This document shows, piece by piece, positions 53,262 to 62,910 of a stretch of DNA of 64,000 bases. The DNA comes from Nitrosopumilus sp. Lineage in GTDB: Archaea > Thermoproteota > Nitrososphaeria > Nitrososphaerales > Nitrosopumilaceae. Every line of letters starts with the position of its first letter. Position 1 is the stretch's first letter. The notes beneath the pieces were generated by a model. It saw only the letters and a program-made list of their open reading frames with translations. It searched no databases and was not told where the DNA came from. Where the stretch lies: the NCBI GenBank assembly GCA_965205675.1, contig OZ242186.1, positions 480,001 through 544,000 of the forward strand, read 5' to 3'. Both the position numbers and the translations under genes were made by a program.

Positions 53262-53520
53262 ATGAATGGGAACATCTCTGAAAAAGATCAAAGGATTCTT
53301 TGTATGAGGAATTATTTTATGTGTAAAATATCAACATGTAGAAAATAATTAATTGTTCCAAAAACTGAAAATTGTAATGAATCCCACATAGGTGATATAG
53401 CGCATATCAAAGATGAAAGACCTTGTTTTGCATGCTATGATGAAAGCACGAATGAAAAGGGTAGAAACAAACGTTATGAAAAAACAAAAGGATTTGTTGC
53501 ACGTATTAAAAAATGACATA
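53262..53520 (+). pseudogene. Probable HNH endonuclease remnant
   Basis: Fragment GDIAHIKDERP..YDE..E..RN..YE; frame broken. Confidence 0.45.
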
Positions 53521-53584
53521 GTTAATTTGATAAATTTAAGCTCAAATATTTTTATGATTATTAATTATAATTATTAGTAAATCA

Positions 53585-53670
53585 GTTGACGATGGGGATT
53601 TGAGTCCATGAAACTGAGGCACTCGATCAGAGATTTTCAATCTCTCGCTATATCGCTAAGCCACGTCAAT
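53585..53670 (-). tRNA. Atypical or pseudo tRNA with GAA anticodon and long variable region
   Basis: TTGACG/CGTCAA acceptor, AGAGA-TTGAAAA-TCTCT anticodon arm, degenerate T arm ATGG-ACTCAAATCC-CCAT. Confidence 0.55.
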
Positions 53671-53821
53671 GAGTTTTTCTTTTCAAATTTAAAGATAAAA
53701 TCTCTATGTTGTGATTATTGATGTTTTATGTTTCAATCTATTTTGCATATGTTGTTCTTACCGATCTAAAAAACATCCTTTGCTTTGAAAGAAATATCTA
53801 ATTCAAAGTCCATCAATATGT

Positions 53822-54211
53822 GTGAAATATTCTATCCTTGTTGAAATTCCAAACTCATCAAATATACTCTTAGAGTTAGATGATGCTCATTCTCCAAACA
53901 CTGTAAATGATTTTGTCGCAAAATTGCCTTTCTCTGTAGATCTTAATGTTTGGGGTGATGAGATTTACACTTCTAAATCTCCTATCACTCAACCTGAAGA
54001 AAATGCAAAATCTCCTGTACAATTGTATGATGTTGCATATTGGCCTACTGGTAAGGCAATCTGCTTGTTTTATGGCCCTACTCCAATTGGCAATCTTGAA
54101 GAAATTATTCCCGCATCTCCTGTTAATATAATCGGAAAAATTATTTCTCCTGACAAATCCATTTTGGATATTGCTCACAGCGAACATGTTACTTTTAGTC
54201 TTAAATTGTAA
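53822..54211 (+). CDS. Cyclophilin-like fold protein (DUF369-like)
   Basis: WGDEIY, DVAYWPTGKAICLFYGPTP. Confidence 0.85.
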   Translation: MKYSILVEIPNSSNILLELDDAHSPNTVNDFVAKLPFSVDLNVWGDEIYTSKSPITQPEENAKSPVQLYDVAYWPTGKAICLFYGPTPIGNLEEIIPASPVNIIGKIISPDKSILDIAHSEHVTFSLKL

Positions 54212-54602
54212 ATTCTTCTTCTATAGGAATTTCTACAATATTTGATTCAAGCAGATATGCTCTAAAATTTTTGTTAATTCCGGAATAAATTATCCATACT
54301 ACTGGATTACTTTGCATGAATTTTTTATCTGTACTTGATGGATATGCATCTGAGTTTGGATGTGAATGAAATATTCCTATCACCTCCATTTTTTTATCTT
54401 CTGCTGTCTTGTATCCTTCAATCAATTGCTCATTTGAAATTGTAAAGTTTACAGGTGATTTTTCAATATTTTCTGTTAAAAATAATTCCAAAACCTGTTC
54501 TTTTTTACCAAATAGTATGGCACATGACTCATTTGGTTTTTGATTCTCTGAATACTCTGATAAAATTTTTTTATCTGATCTTGATAGTTTAATTTTATGC
54601 AA
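54201..54602 (-). CDS. JAB/MPN+ (JAMM) metalloprotease
   Basis: PNESC; FHSHP..AYPS.TD. Confidence 0.9.
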   Translation of the reverse strand: MHKIKLSRSDKKILSEYSENQKPNESCAILFGKKEQVLELFLTENIEKSPVNFTISNEQLIEGYKTAEDKKMEVIGIFHSHPNSDAYPSSTDKKFMQSNPVVWIIYSGINKNFRAYLLESNIVEIPIEEEFTI

Positions 54603-54604
54603 AT

Positions 54605-55705
54605 CTATTCTACGTTAACAATTCCGACCATCCATGGATGAACTTGACAGAAATAATTAAAAGTCCCTGCATCATCAAACGTCACTTCAAAAGTAGTACC
54701 TCCTGCAAATAAACCCGAATCAAATATTCCATCTCCTCCTTCTAACACAAATCCACTTGTTACCGTGTGTGCAACTGTATCGTCATTGCTCCAAGAAATA
54801 ACAGTTCCTGTATCTACTGTGACTTCAAATGGTAAATAACATTCATCGACTTCTTCACATCCTGGCGTGCCAGATCCTTGAGGAACTGAAATTATAACTG
54901 GCTCTAGTACTGCTTCAATCACCAATGTTGCAATCATCCAAGGATGAACAAAACAAAAGTATTCGTATTCCCCAAATTCCAAATCTGTTGTATCTAAAGA
55001 GTATGTTTCACCTGCACTAATCAAACTAGAATCAAATATCTCTCCAGTATTTTCAGTGTTTGTTACAGTGTGTACAGCAGAATCCGCATTTATCCATTCA
55101 ATAACATGTCCATGTGGGACAACTGCTTTATCTGGTGCATAATCTGGATTTCCTTCTATGGATGATTCTGCAAGAATTTCAATTGGATATGTTGGTCCTG
55201 ATGGTGCGAGATCTTCTGTAGGTTCTTCAATGCCTGCTTGTTGAGGAATCATGTATGTATCAGGAGATGAGAAAACTCCAAATGATATCCACATGATAAT
55301 TCCTACAGCTGATGCCATTGCTGCAATTGTCCCTATTGGTTTTACAATTGTTGAGTGCTTCATTGACAAATATCCAATAATGATTGCAGGGAAAGCGATA
55401 GCCATTAAAATTCCTGCTATGGTAATTGTATAGTTTGATGTATTCATAGTCAAAGCATACATCCCAAACCCTAATGATATTGACAAAATCACCAAAGTCG
55501 TTGCTTTGGCTCTATTGCTGGTAGAGACCCCTCCATCTAAGATGCCTGCTGCTAGGAAAATTAATCCTATAAACATGGTTAAACCCGTCAGTGCATGCAT
55601 GCCATCGATGAATGTATGTGCAATATTTGCATACGATAGTGTAAGGCCAGCTAATCCTATAGCTGTAAGTCCCATTCCTGGCATCATGAGGTCCCAATTA
55701 CTCAT
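54605..55705 (-). CDS. Multi-TM membrane protein with two cupredoxin domains
   Basis: About 5 TM helices; YFCFVHPWM and YFCQVHPWM. Confidence 0.85.
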   Translation of the reverse strand: MSNWDLMMPGMGLTAIGLAGLTLSYANIAHTFIDGMHALTGLTMFIGLIFLAAGILDGGVSTSNRAKATTLVILSISLGFGMYALTMNTSNYTITIAGILMAIAFPAIIIGYLSMKHSTIVKPIGTIAAMASAVGIIMWISFGVFSSPDTYMIPQQAGIEEPTEDLAPSGPTYPIEILAESSIEGNPDYAPDKAVVPHGHVIEWINADSAVHTVTNTENTGEIFDSSLISAGETYSLDTTDLEFGEYEYFCFVHPWMIATLVIEAVLEPVIISVPQGSGTPGCEEVDECYLPFEVTVDTGTVISWSNDDTVAHTVTSGFVLEGGDGIFDSGLFAGGTTFEVTFDDAGTFNYFCQVHPWMVGIVNVE

Positions 55706-55800
55706 TTAAGATAGCTGGTAGGGCTGAGATACTTATTCCTTGCGAAATATGGGGGATCTAGACGAAGAAATTAAATGGCTTTGGAATAGGATACAGTGAA

Positions 55801-56688
55801 TTGGGATTAAATGAAATCTTGGAGATATCCAAACCCCGAATTGTTGTTCTTTTAGTGATTACTGCAGTTACATCAATGTATGCTGCAAGTAAGCTAGTGT
55901 CAGGTGTCCCTGATCTAGATTATTGGTCGTATTTGCATATTGTAGTTGCCGGCGCATTAGCTTCTGCTGGCTCTAGTGCATTAAATCACTATTATGATAA
56001 AGACATTGATCCTAAAATGACTAGAACTAGTGCTAGACCTATCCCATCTGGACGTATGGCTGCATCTAATGTACTAATTTATGGTTTAGTTGTAAGTTGT
56101 ATATCTGTAATTTATGGTTATTTTACATTAAATGCTGTTTCTGCATTCTTTATCGCCGTTGGAATTTTTTCATATGTTATAATTTACACCGTTTGGTTGA
56201 AACGAAAAAATACCTCAAACATTGTAATTGGTGGTATTGCAGGTAGTGCTGCAGCTTGGGCAGGATGGGCAGCAGCAACTGGAAGTATGGATTTGTTAGG
56301 CTTCTTGGTCGGCTTCCTAGTTTTTGTTTGGACTCCTTCGCATTTTTGGTGTCTTGCAATGAAAATCAAAGATGAATATGCTCAAGCAAAAGTGCCGATG
56401 CTTCCAGTTGTAATTGGAATGCAAAAAACATCAAAATTTATTTTAGGTAACACATTAATTTTAATTCCATACTCGTTGGTACTTTCATTTATTCCAGATG
56501 GTATGGGAGTTGTTTATACTATCATTGCAATAATCTCTGGAGGATTGATGCTTGTATATCATTACAAATTAACAAAGAACCCTACATCTGAATTTGCATG
56601 GAAGGCATACAAAGTAACTGCTCCTTATCTTACAATAATTTTTGTTGCCGTTGCATTAGATGCCGCATTCCACATTTCTTTATTCTAG
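55801..56688 (+). CDS. cyoE: Protoheme IX farnesyltransferase (heme o synthase)
   Basis: DKDIDPKMTRT..RP, YTVWLKR, WTPSHFW. Confidence 0.93.
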   Translation: MGLNEILEISKPRIVVLLVITAVTSMYAASKLVSGVPDLDYWSYLHIVVAGALASAGSSALNHYYDKDIDPKMTRTSARPIPSGRMAASNVLIYGLVVSCISVIYGYFTLNAVSAFFIAVGIFSYVIIYTVWLKRKNTSNIVIGGIAGSAAAWAGWAAATGSMDLLGFLVGFLVFVWTPSHFWCLAMKIKDEYAQAKVPMLPVVIGMQKTSKFILGNTLILIPYSLVLSFIPDGMGVVYTIIAIISGGLMLVYHYKLTKNPTSEFAWKAYKVTAPYLTIIFVAVALDAAFHISLF

Positions 56689-56691
56689 AAA

Positions 56692-56988
56692 TTATTTATC
56701 TACACCTGGAAAGCTAGCTTCATAGTCGCTTTCCATAGTTTCCTTTACTTGTTCTTGTATTTTATCTACTTGTTTTTCTACAACTACAACTTCTATCCTA
56801 CGTTCATCTTTAGTAATCCATGTTACTGTGATGAGGCCAAGAATTTCTAAATCTAAAAGAATTTTGTTAAATCTATCATCTGCAATAACGTGTTCATCTT
56901 TTACTAGACTCTTAAAAAGTTCAACATCTGTCAAACGCTTTGCTTCTTTTATTTTGTCAAATACTGTATTTCTTATTGGTATTGCCAT
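56692..56988 (-). CDS. Hypothetical winged-helix-like protein
   Basis: FNKILLDLEILGLI; downstream of CDC48. Confidence 0.65.
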   Translation of the reverse strand: MAIPIRNTVFDKIKEAKRLTDVELFKSLVKDEHVIADDRFNKILLDLEILGLITVTWITKDERRIEVVVVEKQVDKIQEQVKETMESDYEASFPGVDK

Positions 56989-56991
56989 TTT

Positions 56992-59160
56992 TTATCCGTA
57001 GAATGATTTATCTCCTGTCTTTGGCACTACATTAGATATACTTTCCTTTACTGTATTATACCATTGATTCACTTCTTTTGTAATTGATGGTCTTACTTGC
57101 TTTAAGCTATTTGCAAAGTCCTGACTTGAAATCTTTGATGACTTGTTCCTCATTGCTTCTACTGCTGCTTCTCTGCATAATGCTGCCAAATCTGCTCCAG
57201 TATAGTTTTGAGTAGCTACTGCAATCTCTTGTAACTTTACATCACTTGCTAGTGGCATCTTTCGTGTTAAAATTTTGATTATATCTAATCTACCTTTCTC
57301 GTCTGGTGGCGTAACATACAATACTAAATCTAATCTGCCTGTTCTAAGTAAAGAATTATCTAAAACATCTGGACGATTTGTAATTCCAATTACAACTACT
57401 CTTGATGAAATTCCTTCTTCTATCTCTGTAAGTAATTGACTGAGAATTGTTTCACTTGTTCCACCTTCACCTGATTTGTATTTTGCAATGGAATCTAACT
57501 CATCAAAAATTACCACGCATGGTGATGATGATTTTGCTTTTCTAAAAATTTCTCTTATTGCTTTTTCAGATTCTCCTAACCATTTGGAAAGAATTTCTGG
57601 ACCTCTGACTAAAATCATATTTGCCCCAGTTTCAGTAGCTAGTGCTCGTCCAAGTAATGTCTTACCACAACCTGGAGGCCCATAAATCAAAGCGCCTTTT
57701 GGTGGTCTTATTCCCATCTTTGTAAATCTACTTGGTTCTTTCATTGCCATTATGAGATTATCTGATAATGATTTTTTGATATCTCCTAATCCTCCAACAT
57801 CTTGCCACCATACTTTTGGTCTTTCTACATAAAATTCTCTCATTGCTGTGGGGATAACTTCATGCATGGCATCATAAAAGTCGATTAATTTTATCTGCAT
57901 TGATTCTAATACTTCGGAAGGAATTTTTTCTGTTTCAAGATCAATTTCTGGCAAATATCTTCTAATTGATTTTAGTGCCGCTTCTCTACATAATGATTTG
58001 ATATCTGCACCAGTATATCCATGTAATTCTGATGACAAGTCTTTAAGATCAATATCTTCACTTATTGGCATTCCTCGTGTATGGATTTCAAGAATCTCTA
58101 ATCTTCCATCTTCATTTGGCACTGAAATCTCAAATTCTCTATCAAATCTTCCTGGTCTTCTAAGTGCTGGATCAACACTATCTGGTCTATTGGTTGCTCC
58201 TAGAACAATAACATTTCCTCTATCATTAAGACCATCCATTAGTGCTAATAGTTGAGCGACAACTCTTTTTTCTACATCTCCATATGCTTCTTCTCTTTTT
58301 GGAGCAATGGCATCAATTTCATCTATGAATATTATACTCGGAGAATTGTCTTTTGCTTCTTTGAAAATATCTCTTAGTTTAGCTTCTGTTTCGCCATAAT
58401 ATTTATTCATTATTTCTGGACCGTTAATTGGAAACATGTTAGCTTCTGATTCACTTGCCATAACTTTTGCAAGTAACGTCTTACCACAACCTGGTGGACC
58501 ATAAAGTAAAATTCCACTATGTGGTTCAATTCCCAATCTTGCAAATAACTCTGGATGTTTTAATGGCAATTCTACAATTTCTCTCATTGCTTTTACTTCA
58601 TGTTGTAATCCTCCCACCTCTTCGTATGTTACACGAACTTTACGGTCAACTGATGTCTCTGTTGAAATGTTAAGATTTGTTGTACGGTCAATCTTGACTA
58701 CTCCTTTTGGTGTTGTTTTTGTAATTTTAAAATCCATAGAGTTTCCTAAAATCATAACTGATATTTCGTCTCCATGTGTAATTGGCAATCCTTTTAATCT
58801 ATTTTTAACAAAATCTGTAAATTCTTTGTCAACTGTTACTGAATCATTAACTGGTGTTAATGAAACAGTTTTTGCAAATTTTGATGTTACTTTACGGATT
58901 TTTACAAAATCATTTAATGATGCACCTACATTTTTCCTAGTTTGTCCGTCTACTCTAATGATATCTGGTATTTTTTCATCTTCATCTACTGGCCAAACAA
59001 CTGCACAGCTGGATCTTGAACCCATTACTTCAATAATATCTCCTGGTGTAACTTTGAGAGAATCCATGGCTTCTGGACCAATTCGAGCACGTTTTTTTCC
59101 TACGTCTCTTTGTTTTGATTCTCCAATCCTCATTTGCAAAGGCTCTTCTTTGCGTGTCAA
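56992..59160 (-). CDS. cdc48: CDC48/VAT AAA ATPase
   Basis: Two AAA modules (GPPGCGKT), N domain, ALRRPGRFD. Confidence 0.95.
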   Translation of the reverse strand: MTRKEEPLQMRIGESKQRDVGKKRARIGPEAMDSLKVTPGDIIEVMGSRSSCAVVWPVDEDEKIPDIIRVDGQTRKNVGASLNDFVKIRKVTSKFAKTVSLTPVNDSVTVDKEFTDFVKNRLKGLPITHGDEISVMILGNSMDFKITKTTPKGVVKIDRTTNLNISTETSVDRKVRVTYEEVGGLQHEVKAMREIVELPLKHPELFARLGIEPHSGILLYGPPGCGKTLLAKVMASESEANMFPINGPEIMNKYYGETEAKLRDIFKEAKDNSPSIIFIDEIDAIAPKREEAYGDVEKRVVAQLLALMDGLNDRGNVIVLGATNRPDSVDPALRRPGRFDREFEISVPNEDGRLEILEIHTRGMPISEDIDLKDLSSELHGYTGADIKSLCREAALKSIRRYLPEIDLETEKIPSEVLESMQIKLIDFYDAMHEVIPTAMREFYVERPKVWWQDVGGLGDIKKSLSDNLIMAMKEPSRFTKMGIRPPKGALIYGPPGCGKTLLGRALATETGANMILVRGPEILSKWLGESEKAIREIFRKAKSSSPCVVIFDELDSIAKYKSGEGGTSETILSQLLTEIEEGISSRVVVIGITNRPDVLDNSLLRTGRLDLVLYVTPPDEKGRLDIIKILTRKMPLASDVKLQEIAVATQNYTGADLAALCREAAVEAMRNKSSKISSQDFANSLKQVRPSITKEVNQWYNTVKESISNVVPKTGDKSFYG

Positions 59161-59168
59161 AAAATCAC

Positions 59169-59450
59169 CTATTTCATGTCAACTGACATTCTACTCATGT
59201 TGAGAACTTCAAATTCACTTACACCATCAGTTGATCTTATTGCGTTTTCTAGAGCATCACTTTGACCTTCTTTATCCTCTAAAACAAATTCTGCTTTGAT
59301 ACATTCTAAACCAAATGCCAGTGGTTCTTTTGCATGTCTTTTCATTGACATTCCTTCTGGTAATGTGGTTTTAATGGTCTCAGCTAGCCTATCTAAATCT
59401 ACTTCCATTCCTTGAGGAAGAATCTTTGTTATAAATAATAATTGAGTCAT
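59169..59450 (-). CDS. ef1b: Elongation factor 1-beta
   Basis: KILP..VDL, EPLAFGL. Confidence 0.88.
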   Translation of the reverse strand: MTQLLFITKILPQGMEVDLDRLAETIKTTLPEGMSMKRHAKEPLAFGLECIKAEFVLEDKEGQSDALENAIRSTDGVSEFEVLNMSRMSVDMK

Positions 59451-59453
59451 TTT

Positions 59454-59636
59454 TTAAGGTCCCTGCGAATTACATGAAGAACAAGTGTAATTTCTTGCTG
59501 CTTCTCTGCAACTTTGACATCTCCAAATTAAATCTGCTCCACAACTAGGGCAATTGAATTTTACACACTTGTCATTAGGCATAATTGGTCTCTGGCAGCA
59601 ACTACATGTTGGTAATGATATGGTAGATGATGACAT
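59454..59636 (-). CDS. Zn-ribbon protein (DUF1610-like)
   Basis: CSCC..FNCPSCG..IWRC..CR..YTCSSC..GP; adjacent to EF-1beta. Confidence 0.85.
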   Translation of the reverse strand: MSSSTISLPTCSCCQRPIMPNDKCVKFNCPSCGADLIWRCQSCREAARNYTCSSCNSQGP

Positions 59637-59689
59637 ATCAGAAATTTCTGTAAACATCATTTATACCTTCCTTGAAAATTGGGCGTGTT

Positions 59690-60826
59690 TTAACCAAGTA
59701 GTTTTTTAATTTCTCCACCAATTAGAGTTTGAGCAGTTTTGATGGAACCCTTCAAACCTAATAATTTTATAATTGATCCTGTATGAAAATCAAAATCATC
59801 TTTTTCTGAAATATCTTTAATAATTTCTGGTGTAACTGATTCAAATAATTTATTGATTGTATTGTTATCTATTCGTTCTAAAATTTTTCTTGCCAATGAC
59901 TGTTTCTCAAATTCTTTACCAAATCTCTCCATCCATCTTTTTTGATATTGTTTTAATTCTTCTTTGTTGTTAGTTTTTAGAAATCTTGAAATTGCTTGCC
60001 CTGCATACACTCCTCCCATACCACTAGTAAAAATTCCTCCTGCTGTAGTAGGTTTTGCTTGTCCTGCTGCATCTCCTATGATGACTGTATTGTTTTCTAT
60101 GAAATTATCAATAGGTCCCTTTACCCAAATTGGTGCAAAAATCTTTCTAATTATAGAATAATTTCCTTTTTCTTCTAAAATTTCTTCCATTGTATTTGCT
60201 ACATTAATTCCTCTTCCTGCAATTCCTACTTTACCTTTACCTTCGTTAGATGGAATTATCCATGCAAAGAATCCTGGATACTTTTCTTGATCAAAAATCA
60301 CTTCTACTTTACCTTTCTTTATCCAATTTGCGTAGATTTCATATTGTGCTGATGACAAAATTCCGGTTCTATCTTTATGAATTAATGATGAGGCTCCTCT
60401 TGCATCAACAAAAATTTTACAATCTATTTTTTCTTTATTAGTTCTGATCCCCGTATCTGTCATTTCTTGAAAACTAGTTTTAACTTTGATTGTTGCTCCG
60501 TTTTTTTGAGCTTGAAAAGCTATCTGCTTATCTAATTCCCTTCTACTGATTTCTATGATTTTTTGTTTTTTTGCTTTGATTGTAAAACTATGTCTGTTAG
60601 GTGATGTTATCTCTGCTGACTCTATTATATGATCAAATGTTTTTCTAAATGGTATTATTCCAAGTTCTGTTAATCCTGCAATACTTACTAGGCCTCCACA
60701 ATGCTCTGGTGTCCCTATTTCATAATCTTCTTCAATTACTAAAACTGAAAAACCCTTTGAAGATATCTCTCTGGCGCATAATAATCCTGCAACACTCCCA
60801 CCTGCAATTACTACGTCATAGCTCAC
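59690..60826 (-). CDS. Geranylgeranyl reductase-like FAD oxidoreductase
   Basis: AGGSVAG, CGG, FAWIIP, GDAAGQAKPTTAGGI. Confidence 0.85.
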   Translation of the reverse strand: MSYDVVIAGGSVAGLLCAREISSKGFSVLVIEEDYEIGTPEHCGGLVSIAGLTELGIIPFRKTFDHIIESAEITSPNRHSFTIKAKKQKIIEISRRELDKQIAFQAQKNGATIKVKTSFQEMTDTGIRTNKEKIDCKIFVDARGASSLIHKDRTGILSSAQYEIYANWIKKGKVEVIFDQEKYPGFFAWIIPSNEGKGKVGIAGRGINVANTMEEILEEKGNYSIIRKIFAPIWVKGPIDNFIENNTVIIGDAAGQAKPTTAGGIFTSGMGGVYAGQAISRFLKTNNKEELKQYQKRWMERFGKEFEKQSLARKILERIDNNTINKLFESVTPEIIKDISEKDDFDFHTGSIIKLLGLKGSIKTAQTLIGGEIKKLLG

Positions 60827-61136
60827 AGATTTTGTTTCTTCGCCAATTATTTAATTTAAAGGTGTACTGGATTTCGTATTTATTTTTCTGTAAAGCCCAC
60901 AATTCAAACTACCCAACAAAAAGCGTATGACCATCAGTCTGGAACACCCAAAGGGTATTACGACTGAGGAAGGAACATCAAATTATACAAAGTCAACATA
61001 ATTCAAAAACTACAAACACATCAAAACTCCATTCTAGATTTTTAGAACATTATTAAAAATAAAAAAGGCTAGTTCAAAGACGAACTAACTTGACTGTCAA
61101 ACATTGTTACCAGACATAAATCATAATCAAAAGTCG

Positions 61137-61279
61137 TGGACCTGTTGGGAGTTGAACCCAAATCTCCTAGGTTTCAATTAGGTACATGACCCTCATGCTA
61201 CAAGTAATTGGGTATGCTGAGATAAAGTCAGTTAGGGCCTAGGTTTCAATTAGGTACATGACCCTCATGCTACAGGCCC
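61137..61279 (-). tRNA. Interrupted tRNA-like gene (G3:U70 acceptor, GAA anticodon) with a 72-nt internal repeat-spacer insertion
   Basis: Removing one repeat plus the spacer gives a 71-nt cloverleaf: GGGCCTG TA GCAT-GAGGGTC-ATGT A CCTAA-TTGAAAC-CTAGG AGAT TTGGG-TTCAACT-CCCAA CAGGTCC A. Confidence 0.65.
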
Positions 61280-61345
61280 ACAAAGATTTAATAAATAATG
61301 AATGCTAATAACATTAGGTTTCAATTAGGTTAGGCCAGCGTGCTA
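61166..61345. repeat. CRISPR-like mini repeat-spacer array (two perfect 37-bp repeats plus one degenerate copy)
   Basis: CCTAGGTTTCAATTAGGTACATGACCCTCATGCTACA at 61166-61202 and 61238-61274 with a 35-bp spacer; TAGGTTTCAATTAGGT again at 61315-61330. Confidence 0.8.
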
Positions 61346-61401
61346 ATCTCTTTTTTCTATTTTGCAATGCTTACCATCCCCCATACAAAAATATCACAGA
61401 T

Positions 61402-62412
61402 TGCTGTGTTTCCCAACATGACTAGTTGATCCAATTAATTTCATCACCCAAGCTTTAGATCAGAATATTCTGTATTATTCCATGAACAGAAACTGGAAAA
61501 ATTACAACAAAACACTAGTTAGACGTGGAGAAATCATGTTGTCCTTTGACGCAATGGAATCATGGAGTATGGAACTAAAAGAGATGAATCACAAAAAGGA
61601 AGGTCATCGATTTGTCTATCCTGAATCCTTCATGGAGGCGCTAGGATACTGTCATCTCTATTTGCATCTTCCATTCAGACAAACAGAAGGTCTGATAAAA
61701 TCACACCTCCAATCCAAAACAAAGACTCCCACATATTCTGCCATTTGGAAACGTGTCAACAAACTTGACATCAAGATGAATCCAAAACTAGGAAAAGACA
61801 TTGTCATTGCAATAGACTCAACTGGAATCAAGGTTGCAGACAGAGGTGAGTGGATGAGACAGAAATGGCAGAAGAGAAGAGGATTTCTTAAAATTCATGT
61901 GGCAGTAGATGTGAAATCTAAACAGATCACAGGGATTGATATTACAGATGACAAGTCACATGATTCAAAACATTTCATATCGCTAGTTGAGCAATTAAAA
62001 CAGTTTGGCAATGTCACTAAAACTTTGGCTGATGGTGCATATGATACAAAGGACAATTTTTCATATCTGTATTATGATAATGATATTCTACCTGCAATTA
62101 AAACAAGAAAAAACTCATCAGTTGTAACTGATTGTTATCCTCGGAGAAAGTCTGTTTTGGCACAATTGTATAACTTGGATCTATGGAAGCTCAGCGTAAG
62201 CTATGGGGATAGATGGATTGTAGAGGGAGTATTCTCTGTATTCAAAAGAATATTTGGAGAGCATGTGACATCGCACAAGAGAGAAAACATGATTCATGAA
62301 TTGAAAATGAAAGTTTGTCTGTACAATAAAATGATTGCAATGCAATAGAATCAGAAATGATTTCAAAGCATCAAAGAGTGTTGATGGTTATTTGGGGTTG
62401 GGAAACAAAGCA
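61402..62412 (+). mobile_element. IS5 family (IS903-like) element
   Basis: TIRs TGCTGTGTTTCCCAAC (61402-61417) and GTTGGGAAACAAAGCA (62397-62412), 15/16. Confidence 0.9.
61482..62348 (+). CDS. IS5/IS903-type DDE transposase, intact
   Basis: NWKNYN..LVRRG, IDSTGIK, KIHVAVD, ADGAYD, RWIVEGVFS. Confidence 0.93.
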   Translation: MNRNWKNYNKTLVRRGEIMLSFDAMESWSMELKEMNHKKEGHRFVYPESFMEALGYCHLYLHLPFRQTEGLIKSHLQSKTKTPTYSAIWKRVNKLDIKMNPKLGKDIVIAIDSTGIKVADRGEWMRQKWQKRRGFLKIHVAVDVKSKQITGIDITDDKSHDSKHFISLVEQLKQFGNVTKTLADGAYDTKDNFSYLYYDNDILPAIKTRKNSSVVTDCYPRRKSVLAQLYNLDLWKLSVSYGDRWIVEGVFSVFKRIFGEHVTSHKRENMIHELKMKVCLYNKMIAMQ

Positions 62413-62516
62413 CTATTTTAATTTTTGAGACATTACCATGAATACAAAAACACAAAGAGCCTTGTATAATCCATTTAATTTAAAAGTTTTTCATTAAGTT
62501 TATTTTTGATAATAAC

Positions 62517-62870
62517 ATGGGTGATATCAAACAAGTAATCGCTGTTAGAACTGATCTTGACATGGGAAAAGGCAAGATTGCCGTACAAGTAGGACATGCT
62601 TGTGTTTTAGGTGCAGAGCACGTTAGAAAATCCCATTCTGAATGGTGGAATGAATGGTGGAATGGACAAGAAAAAGTAGTTGTCAAAGTCTCTGGAATAA
62701 AAGAACTGCAAGACGTCAAAAGACATGCAATTGATTTGAATCTACCTTGGTCTGAAATCTCTGATGCTGGTCATACTCAATTAGCTCCTGGAACTACAAC
62801 ATGTATATCCATTGGCCCAGCGCCTGAGAATTTGATTGATAAAGTTACTGGCGATTTGAAATTACTCTGA
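62517..62870 (+). CDS. pth2: Peptidyl-tRNA hydrolase Pth2
   Basis: VRTDLDMGKGKIAVQVGHA, DAGHTQ, IGP. Confidence 0.95.
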   Translation: MGDIKQVIAVRTDLDMGKGKIAVQVGHACVLGAEHVRKSHSEWWNEWWNGQEKVVVKVSGIKELQDVKRHAIDLNLPWSEISDAGHTQLAPGTTTCISIGPAPENLIDKVTGDLKLL

Positions 62871-62910
62871 TTCTATAAGAGATATTAACTGTCTGTCCTA
62901 CAGCAAATTT

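Noticed and set aside
61166-61345. Calling this a canonical CRISPR array
   Set aside because: Only two perfect repeats, no cas genes or recognisable leader, and the repeat extends past ATTGAAAC and sits inside a tRNA fold; reported as CRISPR-like only.
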